From Eledone cirrhosa (lineage: Eukaryota): a stretch of 64,000 nt of DNA. The first letter of the stretch is position 1, and every line of letters begins with the position of its first letter. A program made the translations under genes and the position numbers. A model generated the notes under the pieces. That model had not been told where the DNA came from. It worked only from the letters and a program-made list of their open reading frames with translations, and did no database searches. Shown in pieces: positions 50,710 through 63,820 of the stretch. The DNA is taken from assembly GCA_964016885.1 (NCBI GenBank), contig OZ024740.1, positions 263,004,001 to 263,068,000 of the forward strand, given 5' to 3'.

Positions 50710-53700
50710 GTAACAACAACAGTAACAACAACAGTAACAACACCAGTAACAACAACTGTAACAACACCAGTAACAACAACTGTAACAACATCAGTAACAA
50801 CACCAGTAACAACAACAGTAACAACAATAGTAACAATATCAGTAACAACACCAGTAACCACAACAGTAACAACATCAGTAACAACAACAGTAACAACATC
50901 AGTAACAACACCAGTAACCACAACAGTAACAACACCAGTAACAACAACAGTAACAACAACAGTAACAACAACAGTAACAACACCAGTAACAACACCAGTA
51001 ACAACACCAGTAACAACAACAGTAACAACATCAGTAACAACACCAGTAACCACACCAGTAACAACATCAGTAACAACACCAGTAACAACACCAGTAACAA
51101 CACCAGTAACAACAACAGTAACAACAACAGTAACAACACCAGTAACAACAACAGTAACAACATCCGTAACAACACCAGTAACAACACCACTAACAACACC
51201 AGTAACAACAACAACAGTAACAACAACAGTAACAACAACAGTAACAACACCACTAACAACATCAGTAACAACACCAGTAACAACATCAGTAACAACACCA
51301 GTAACAACATCAGTAACAACAACAGTAACAACATCAGTAACAACACCAGTAACAACAACAGCAACAACAACAGTAACAACACCAGTAACAACACCAGTAA
51401 CAACATCAGTAACAACACCAGTAACAACAACAGTAACAACAACAGTAACAACATCAGTAACAACACCAGTAACAACACCAGTAACAACACCAGTAACAAC
51501 AACAGTAACAACATCTGTAACAACAACAGTAACAACATCAGTAAAAAAAAATGTAACAACACCAGTAACAACATGAGTAACAACAACAGTAACAACAACA
51601 GTAACAACAGTAACAACACATGTAACAACACCAGTAACAACATCAGTAACAACACCAGGAACAACACCAGTAACAACATCAGTAACAACAACAGTAACAA
51701 CAACAACGGTAACAACAACAGTAACAACAACAGTAACAACACCAATAACAACAACAGTAACAACATCAGTAACAACAACAGTAACAACAACAGTAACAAC
51801 ACCAGTAACAACACCAGGAACAACATCAGTAACAACACCAGTAACAACAACAGTAACAACACCAGTAACAACACCAGTAACAACATCAGTAACAACAACA
51901 GTAACAACAACATTAACAACACCAGTAACAACATCAGTAACAACAACAGTAACAACAACAGTAACAACATCAGTAACAACACCAGTAACAACATCAGTAA
52001 CAACAACAGTAACAACAACAGTAACAACAACAGTAACAACATCAGTAACAACATCAGTAATAACAACAGTAACAACAAAAGTAACAACAACAGTAACAAC
52101 AACAGTAACAACATCAGTAACAACACCAGTAACAACATCAGTAACAACAACAGTAACAACACCAGTAACAACATACGTAACAACACCAGTAACAACACCA
52201 GTAACAACAATAGTAACAACAGTAACAACATCAGTAACAACACCAGTAACAACAACAGTAACAACACCAGTAACAACATCAGTAACAACATCAGTAACAA
52301 CAACAGTAACAACACCAGTAACAACACCAGTAACAACATCAGTAACAACACCAGTAACAATATCAGTAACAACAACATCAGTAACAACAACAGTAACAAC
52401 AACAGTAACAACACCAGTAACAACATCAGTAACAACAACAGTAACAACATCAGTAACAACACCAGTAACAACATCAGTAACAACAACAGTAACAACAACA
52501 GTAACAACAACAGTAATAACATCAGTAACAACATCAGTAACAACAACAGTAACAACAACAGTAACAACAACAGTAACAACAATAGTAACAACAGCAGTAA
52601 CAACAATAGTAACAACAGTAACAACACATGTAACAACACCAGTAACAACATCAGTAACAACACCAGGAACAACATCAGTAACAACACCATTAACAACATC
52701 AGTAACAACAACAGTAACAACAACAACAACAGTAACAACAACAGTAACAACAACAGTAACAACATCAGTAACAACAACAGTAACAACAACAGTAACAACA
52801 CCAGTAACAACACCAGGAACAACATCAGTAACAACAACAGTAACAACACCAGTAACAACAACAGTAACAACAACAGTAACAACATCAGTAACAACACCAG
52901 TAACAACATCAGTAACAACAACAGTAACAACAACAGTAACAACAACAGTAACAACAACAGTAACAACACCAGTAACAGCATACGTAACAACACCAGTAAC
53001 AACATCGGTAACAACAATAGTAACAAAAACAGTAACAACATCAGTAACAACACCAGTAACAACAACAGTAACAACAATAGTAACAACACCAGTAACGACA
53101 TCAGTAACAAAAACAGTAACAACAACAGTAACAACAACAGTAACAACAACAGTAACAACACCAGTAACAACATACGTAACAACACCAGTAACAACATCAG
53201 TAACAACAATAGTAACAACAACAGTAACAACATCAGTAACAACACCAGTAACAACAACAGTAACAACAATAGTAACAACACCAGTAACAACACCAGTAAC
53301 AACACCAGTAACAACATCAGTAACAACAACAGTAACAACAACAGTAACAACACCAGTAACAACGTCAGTAACAACAACAGTAACAACAACAGTAACACCA
53401 TCAGTAACAACACCAGTAACAACATCAGTAACAACAACAGTAACAACAACAGTAACAACAACAGTAACAACATCAGTAACAACATCAGTAATAACAACAG
53501 TAACAACAAAAGTAACAACAACAGTAACAACAACAGTAACAACAACAGTAACAACATCAGTAACAACACCAGTAACAATATCAGTAACAACAACAACAGT
53601 AACAACAACAGTAACAACACCAGTAACAACAACAGTAACAACAACAGTAACAACAACAGTAACAACACCAGTAACAACATCAGTAACAACAACAGTAACA

Positions 53701-56700
53701 ACAACAGTAACAACATCAGTAACAACACCAGTAACAACATCAGTAACAACAACAGTAACAACAACATTAACAACAACAGTAACAACATCAGTAACAACAT
53801 CAGTAACAACAACAGTAACAACAACAGTAACAACAACAGTAACAACACCAGTAACAACATCAGTAACAACAACAGTAACAACAACAGTAACAACACCAGT
53901 AACAACATCAGTAACAACAACAGTAACAACAACAGTAACAACATCAGTAACAACACCAGTAACAACAACATCTCCAGTAACAACAACAGTAACAACACCA
54001 GTAACAACATCAGTAACAACAACAGTAACAACACCAGTAACAACAACAGTAACAACACCAGTAACAACAACAGTAACAGCACCAGTAACAACATCAGTAA
54101 CAACATCAGTAACAACATCAGTAACAACAACAGTAACAACAACAGTAACAACAACAGTAACAACATCAGTAACAACACCAGTAACATCATCAGTAACAAC
54201 AACAGTAACAACATCAGTAACAACAACAGTAACAACAACAGTAACAACAACAGTAACAACATCAGTAACAACATCAGTAAAAACATCAGTAACAACACCA
54301 GTAACAACACCAGTAACAACATCAGTAACAACACCAGTAACAATATCAGTAACAACAACAACAGTAACAACAACAGTATCAACACCAGTAACAACAACAG
54401 TAACAACATCAGTAACAACACCAGTAACAACACCAGTAACAACAACAGTAACAACAACAGTAACAACAACAGTAACAACAGTAACAACACATGTAACAAC
54501 ACCAGTAACAATATCAGTAACAACACCAGGAACAACATCAGTAACAACACCATTAACAACATCAGTAACAACAACAGTAACAACAACAACAACAGTAACA
54601 GCAACAGTAACAACAACAGTAACAACACCAGTAACAACAACAGTAACAACATCAGTAACAACAACAGTAACAACAACAGTAACAACACCAGTAACAACAC
54701 CAGGAACAACACCAGTAACAACAACAGTAACAACACCAGTAACAACAACAGTAACAACAACAGTAACAACATCAGTAACAACACCAGTAACATCATCAGT
54801 AACAACAACAGTAACAACATCAGTAACAACAACAGTAACAACAACAGTAACAACAACAGTAACAACATCAGTAACAACATCAGTAAAAACATCAGTAACA
54901 ACACCAGTAACAACACCAGTAACAACATCAGTAACAACACCAGTAACAATATCAGTAACAACAACAACAGTAACAACAACAGTAACAACACCAGTAACAA
55001 CAACAGTAACAACATCAGTAACAACACCAGTAACAACACCAGTAACAACAACAGTAACAACAACAGTAACAACAACAGTAACAACAGTAACAACACATGT
55101 AACAACACCAGTAACAACATCAGTAACAACACCAGGAACAACATCAGTAACAACACCATTAACAACATCAGTAACAACAACAGTAACAACAACAACAGTA
55201 ACAACAACAGTAACAACTACAGTAACAACACCAGTAACAACAACAGTAACAACATCAGTAACAACAACAGTAACAACAACAGTAACAACACCAGTAACAA
55301 CACCAGGAACAACATCAGTAACAACAACAGTAACAACACCAGTAACAACAACAGTAACAACACCAGTAACAACAACCGTAACGACAACAGTAACAACAAC
55401 AGTAACAACATCAGTAACAACACCAGTAACAACATCAGTAACAACAACAGTAACAACAACAGTAATAACAACAGTAACAACAAAAGTAACAACACCAGTA
55501 ACAGCATACGTAACAACACCAGTAACAACATCAGTAACAACAATAGTAACAACAGCAGTAACAACATCAGTAACAACACCAGTAACAACAACAGTAACAA
55601 CAATAGTAACAACACCAGTAACAACATCAGTAACAAAAACAGTAACAACAACAGTAACAACAACAGTAACAACAACAGTAACAACACCAGTAACAACATA
55701 CGTAACAACACCAGTAACAACATCAGTAACAACATCAGTAACAACACCAGTAACAACAACAGTAACAACAATAGTAACAACACCAGTAACAACAACAGTA
55801 ACAACAACAGTAACAACATCAGTAACAACAACAGTAACAACAACAGTAACAACAACAGTAACAACACCAGTAACAACATACGTAACAACACCAGTAACAA
55901 CAACAGTAACAACAGTAACAACACCAGTAACAACATCAGTAACAACACCAGTAACAACAACAGTAACAACACCAGTAACAACACCAGTAACAACATCAGT
56001 AACAACAACAGTAACAACAACAGTAACAACACCAGTAACAACATCAGTAACAACAACAGTAACAACAACAGTAACAGCATCAGTAACAACACCAGTAACA
56101 ACATCAGTAACAACAACAGTAACAACAACAGTAACAACAACAGTAACAACATCAGTAACAACATCAGTAATAACAACAGTAACAACAAAAGTAACAACAA
56201 CAGTAACAACAACAGTAACAACATCAGTAACAACACCAGTAACAACATCAGTAACAACAACAGTAACAACACCAGTAACAACATCAGGAACAACATCAGT
56301 AACAACAACAGTAACAACACCAGTAACAACAACAGTAGCAACACCAGTAACAACAACAGTAACAACAACAGTAACAACACCAGTAACAACAACAGTAACA
56401 ACATCAGTAACAACACCAGTAAAAACAATAGTAACAACAACAGTAACAACATCAGTAACAACATACGTAACAACACCAGTAACAACAACAGTAACAACAG
56501 TAACAACACCAGTAACAACATCAGTAACAACACCAGTAACAACAACAGTAACAACACCAGTAACAACACCAGTAACAACATCAGTAACAACAACAGTAAC
56601 AACAACAGTAACAACACCAGTAACAACATCAGTAACAACAACAGTAACAACAACAGTAACAACATCAGTAACAACACCAGTAACAACATCAGTAACAACA

Positions 56701-56952
56701 ACAGGAACAACATCAGTAACAACACCAGTAACAACATCAGTAACAACAACAATAACAACAACAACAGTAACAACAACAGTAACAACAACAGTAACAACAC
56801 CAGTAACAACAACAGTAACAACATCAGTAACAACAACAGTAACAACAACAGTAACAACACCAGTAACAACACCAGGAACAACATCAGTAACAACAACAGT
56901 AACAACACCAGTAACAACAACAACAGTAACAACAACAGTAACAACAACAACA

Positions 56953-57172
56953 GTAACAACACAGTAACAACAACAGTAACAACAACAGTAACAACACCAG
57001 TAACAACAACAGTAACAACAACAGTAACAACATCAGTAACAACAACAGTAACAACATCAGTAACAACATCAGTAACAACATCAGTAACAATACCAGTAAC
57101 AACAACAGTAACAACAACAGTAACAACAACAACAGTAACAACAACAGTAACAACAACAACAGTAACAACACA
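56953..57172 (+). repeat. Paired 11-mer cassette, copy 6
   Basis: 11-mers at 56953 and 57162; the + ORF ends at 57176. Confidence 0.85.
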
Positions 57173-60100
57173 GTAACAACAACAGTAACAACAACAGTAA
57201 CAACACCAGTAACAACAACTGTAACAACACCAGTAACAACAACTGTAACAACATCAGTAACAACACCAGTAACAACAACAGTAACAACAATAGTAACAAT
57301 ATCAGTAACAACACCAGTAACCACAACAGTAACAACATCAGTAACAACAACAGTAACAACATCAGTAACAACACCAGTAACCACAACAGTAACAACACCA
57401 GTAACAACATCAGTAACAACAACAGTAACAACAACAGTAACAACACCAGTAACAACACCAGTAACAACACCAGTAACAACAACAGTAACAACATCAGTAA
57501 CAACACCAGTAACCACACCAGTAACAACATCAGTAACAACACCAGTAACAACACCAGTAACAACACCAGTAACAACAACAGTAACAACAACAGTAACAAC
57601 ACCAGTAACAACAACAGTAACAACATCCGTAACAACACCAGTAACAACACCACTAACAACACCAGTAACAACAACAACAGTAACAACAACAGTAACAACA
57701 ACAGTAACAACACCACTAACAACATCAGTAACAACACCAGTAACAACATCAGTAACAACACCAGTAACAACATCAGTAACAACAACAGTAACAACATCAG
57801 TAACAACACCAGTAACAACAACAGCAACAACAACAGTAACAACACCAGTAACAACACCAGTAACAACATCAGTAACAACACCAGTAACAACAACAGTAAC
57901 AACAACAGTAACAACATCAGTAACAACACCAGTAACAACACCAGTAACAACACCAGTAACAACAACAGTAACAACATCTGTAACAACAACAGTAACAACA
58001 TCAGTAACAACACCAGTAACAACACCAGTAACAACATGAGTAACAACAACAGTAACAACAACAGTAACAACAGTAACAACACATGTAACAACACCAGTAA
58101 CAACATCAGTAACAACACCAGGAACAACACCAGTAACAACATCAGTAACAACAACAGTAACAACAACAACGGTAACAACAACAGTAACAACAACAGTAAC
58201 AACACCAATAACAACAACAGTAACAACATCAGTAACAACAACAGTAACAACAACAGTAACAACACCAGTAACAACACCAGGAACAACATCAGTAACAACA
58301 CCAGTAACAACAACAGTAACAACACCAGTAACAACACCAGTAACAACATCAGTAACAACAACAGTAACAACAACATTAACAACACCAGTAACAACATCAG
58401 TAACAACAACAGTAACAACAACAGTAACAGCATCAGTAACAACACCAGTAACAACATCAGTAACAACAACAGTAACAACAACAGTAACAACAACAGTAAC
58501 AACATCAGTAACAACATCAGTAATAACAACAGTAACAACAAAAGTAACAACAACAGTAACAACAACAGTAACAACATCAGTAACAACACCAGTAACAACA
58601 TCAGTAACAACAACAGTAACAACACCAGTAACAACATACGTAACAACACCAGTAACAACACCAGTAACAACAATAGTAACAACAGTAACAACATCAGTAA
58701 CAACACCAGTAACAACAACAGTAACAACACCAGTAACAACATCAGTAACAACATCAGTAACAACAACAGTAACAACATCAGTAACAACACCAGTAACAAC
58801 AACAGTAACAACACCAGTAACAACACCAGTAACAACATCAGTAACAACAACAGTAACAACAACAGTAACAACACCAGTAACAACATCAGTAACAACAACA
58901 GTAACAACATCAGTAACAACACCAGTAACAACATCAGTAACAACAACAGTAACAACAACAGTAACAACAACAGTAATAACATCAGTAACAACATCAGTAA
59001 CAACAACAGTAACAACAACAGTAACAACAACAGTAACAACAATAGTAACAACAGCAGTAACAACAATAGTAACAACAGTAACAACACATGTAACAACACC
59101 AGTAACAACATCAGTAACAACACCAGGAACAACATCAGTAACAACACCATTAACAACATCAGTAACAACAACAGTAACAACAACAACAACAGTAACAACA
59201 ACAGTAACAACAACAGTAACAACATCAGTAACAACAACAGTAACAACAACAGTAACAACACCAGTAACAACACCAGGAACAACATCAGTAACAACAACAG
59301 TAACAACACCAGTAACAACAACAGTAACAACAACAGTAACAACATCAGTAACAACACCAGTAACAACATCAGTAACAACAACAGTAACAACAACAGTAAC
59401 AACAACAGTAACAACAACAGTAACAACACCAGTAACAGCATACGTAACAACACCAGTAACAACATCGGTAACAACAATAGTAACAAAAACAGTAACAACA
59501 TCAGTAACAACACCAGTAACAACAACAGTAACAACAATAGTAACAACACCAGTAACAACATCAGTAACAAAAACAGTAACAACAACAGTAACAACAACAG
59601 TAACAACAACAGTAACAACACCAGTAACAACATACGTAACAACACCAGTAACAACATCAGTAACAACAATAGTAACAACAACAGTAACAACATCAGTAAC
59701 AACACCAGTAACAACAACAGTAACAACAATAGTAACAACACCAGTAACAACACCAGTAACAACACCAGTAACAACATCAGTAACAACAACAGTAACAACA
59801 ACAGTAACAACACCAGTAACAACGTCAGTAACAACAACAGTAACAACAACAGTAACACCATCAGTAACAACACCAGTAACAACATCAGTAACAACAACAG
59901 TAACAACAACAGTAACAACAACAGTAACAACATCAGTAACAACATCAGTAATAACAACAGTAACAACAAAAGTAACAACAACAGTAACAACAACAGTAAC
60001 AACAACAGTAACAACATCAGTAACAACACCAGTAACAATATCAGTAACAACAACAACAGTAACAACAACAGTAACAACACCAGTAACAACAACAGTAACA

Positions 60101-62329
60101 ACAACAGTAACAACAACAGTAACAACACCAGTAACAACATCAGTAACAACAACAGTAACAACAACAGTAACAACATCAGTAACAACACCAGTAACAACAT
60201 CAGTAACAACAACAGTAACAACAACATTAACAACAACAGTAACAACATCAGTAACAACATCAGTAACAACAACAGTAACAACAACAGTAACAACAACAGT
60301 AACAACACCAGTAACAACATCAGTAACAACAACAGTAACAACAACAGTAACAACACCAGTAACAACATCAGTAACAACAACAGTAACAACAACAGTAACA
60401 ACATCAGTAACAACACCAGTAACAACAACATCTCCAGTAACAACAACAGTAACAACACCAGTAACAACATCAGTAACAACAACAGTAACAACACCAGTAA
60501 CAACAACAGTAACAACACCAGTAACAACAACAGTAACAGCACCAGTAACAACATCAGTAACAACATCAGTAACAACATCAGTAACAACAACAGTAACAAC
60601 AACAGTAACAACAACAGCAACAACATCAGTAACAACACCAGTAACATCATCAGTAACAACAACAGTAACAACATCAGTAACAACAACAGTAACAACAACA
60701 GTAACAACAACAGTAACAACATCAGTAACAACATCAGTAAAAACATCAGTAACAACACCAGTAACAACACCAGTAACAACATCAGTAACAACACCAGTAA
60801 CAATATCAGTAACAACAACAACAGTAACAACAACAGTATCAACACCAGTAACAACAACAGTAACAACATCAGTAACAACACCAGTAACAACACCAGTAAC
60901 AACAACAGTAACAACAACAGTAACAACAACAGTAACAACAGTAACAACACATGTAACAACACCAGTAACAATATCAGTAACAACACCAGGAACAACATCA
61001 GTAACAACACCATTAACAACATCAGTAACAACAACAGTAACAACAACAACAACAGTAACAGCAACAGTAACAACAACAGTAACAACACCAGTAACAACAA
61101 CAGTAACAACATCAGTAACAACAACAGTAACAACAACAGTAACAACACCAGTAACAACACCAGGAACAACACCAGTAACAACAACAGTAACAACACCAGT
61201 AACAACAACATTAACAACACCAGTAACAACAACAGTAACAACAACAGTAACAACAACAGTAACAACATCAGTAACAACACCAGTAACAACATCAGTAACA
61301 ACAACAGTAACAACAACAGTAACAACAACAGTAACAACAAAAGTAACAACACCAGTAACAGCATACGTAACAACACCAGTAACAACATCAGTAACAACAA
61401 TAGTAACAACAACAGTAACAACATCAGTAACAACACCAGTAACAACAACAGTAACAACAATAGTAACAACACCAGTAACAACATCAGTAACAAAAACAGT
61501 AACAACAACAGTAACAACAACAGTAACAACAACAGTAACAACACCAGTAACAACACCAGTAACAACATACGTAACAACACCAGTAACAACATCAGTAACA
61601 ACAATAGTAACAACAACAGTAACAACATCAGTAACAACACCAGTAACAACAACAGTAACAACAATAGTAACAACACCAGTAACAACAACAGTAACAACAA
61701 CAGTAACAACATCAGTAACAACAACAGTAACAACAACAGTAACAACAACAGTAACAACACCAGTAACAACATACGTAACAACACCAGTAACAACACCAGT
61801 AAAAACAATAGTAACAACAACATTAACCACATCAGTAACAACATACGTAACAACACCAGTAACAACAACAGTAACAACAGTAACAACACCAGTAACAACA
61901 TCAGTAATAACACCAGTAACAACAACAGTAACAACACCAGTAACAACACCAGTAACAACATCAGTAACAACAACAGTAACAACAACAGTAACAACACCAG
62001 TAACAACATCAGTAACAACAACAGTAACAACAACAGTAACAACATCAGTAACAACACCAGTAACAACATCAGTAACAACAACAGTAACAACAACAGTAAC
62101 AACAACAGTAACAACATCAGTAACAACATCAGTAATAACAACAGTAACAACAAAAGTAACAACAACAGTAACAACAACAGTAACAACATCAGTAACAACA
62201 CCAGTAACAACATCAGTAACAACAACAGTAACAACACCAGTAACAACATCAGGAACAACATCGGTAACAACAACAGTAACAACACCAGTAACAACAACAG
62301 TAACAACACCAGTAACAACAACAGTAACA

Positions 62330-63820
62330 ACAACAGTAACAACACCAGTAACAACAACAGTAACAACATCAGTAACAACACCAGTAAAAACAATAGTAAC
62401 AACAACAGTAACAACATCAGTAACAACATACGTAACAACACCAGTAACAACAACAGTAACAACAGTAACAACACCAGTAACAACATCAGTAACAACACCA
62501 GTAACAACAACAGTAACAACACCAGTAACAACACCAGTAACAACATCAGTAACAACAACAGTAACAACAACAGTAACAACACCAGTAACAACATCAGTAA
62601 CAACAACATTAACAACAACAGTAACAACATCAGTAACAACACCAGTAACAACATCAGTAACAACAACAGGAACAACATCAGTAACAACACCAGTAACAAC
62701 ATCAGTAACAACAACAATAACAACAACAACAGTAACAACAACAGTAACAACAACAGTAACAACACCAGTAACAACAACAGTAACAACATCAGTAACAACA
62801 ACAGTAACAACAACAGTAACAACACCAGTAACAACACCAGGAACAACATCAGTAACAACAACAGTAACAACACCAGTAACAACAACAGTAACAACACCAG
62901 TAACAACAACAGTAACAACAACAGTAACAACAACAGTAACAACATCAGTAACAACACCAGTAACAACATCAGTAACAACAACAGTAACAACAACAGTAAC
63001 AACAACAGTAACAACAACAGTAACAACACCAGTAACAACATACGTAACAACACCAGTAACAACACCAGTAACAACAACAGTAACAACACCAGTAACAACA
63101 ACAGTAACAACATCAGTAACAACACCAGTAAAAACAATAGTAACAACAACAGTAACAACATCAGTAACAACATACGTAACAACACCAGTAACAACAACAG
63201 TAACAACAGTAACAACACCAGTAACAACATCAGTAACAACACCAGTAACAACAACAGTAACAACACCAGTAACAACACCAGTAACAACATCAGTAACAAC
63301 AACAGTAACAACAACAGTAACAACACCAGTAACAACATCAGTAACAACAACATTAACAACAACAGTAACAACATCAGTAACAACACCAGTAACAACATCA
63401 GTAACAACAACAGGAACAACATCAGTAACAACACCAGTAACAACATCAGTAACAACAACAATAACAACAACAACAGTAACAACAACAGTAACAACAACAG
63501 TAACAACACCAGTAACAACAACAGTAACAACATCAGTAACAACAACAGTAACAACAACAGTAACAACACCAGTAACAACACCAGGAACAACATCAGTAAC
63601 AACAACAGTAACAACACCAGTAACAACAACAGTAACAACACCAGTAACAACAACAGTAACAACAACAGTAACAACAACAGTAACAACATCAGTAACAACA
63701 CCAGTAACAACATCAGTAACAACAACAGTAACAACAACAGTAACAACAACAGTAACAACAACAGTAACAACACCAGTAACAACATACGTAACAACACCAG
63801 TAACAACACCAGTAACAACA
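62330..63820 (+). repeat. 744-bp tandem duplication beyond the end of super-unit copy 3
   Basis: GTAAAAACAATA 62384/63128, GGA unit 62669/63413 and TAC 63041/63785, all 744 apart. Confidence 0.85.

Larger units (their letters stand above)
41007..62644 (+). repeat. Higher-order super-unit copy 3 (~21.6 kb)
   Basis: The ORF track repeats with identical lengths at offset 34,440: 16178..20776 vs 50618..55216, 17133..22736 vs 51573..57176, 22444..27390 vs 56884..61830. The offset is 34,500 before a +12 and a -72 bp indel. Confidence 0.9.

Noticed and set aside
51543-51551. A9 run as a retroelement poly(A) tail or terminator
   Set aside because: There is no inserted sequence, target-site duplication or hairpin, and the unit length is unchanged.
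8222-57176. Giant + strand Asn/Ser ORFs (SNN[N/I/T], up to 4,803 aa)
   Set aside because: AGT/AAC/ANC codons cannot become stops by one substitution, so this frame is open by construction. The ATGs come from a repeated TCA>TGA variant, the ends come from the 11-mer cassette, and there is no non-repetitive domain.
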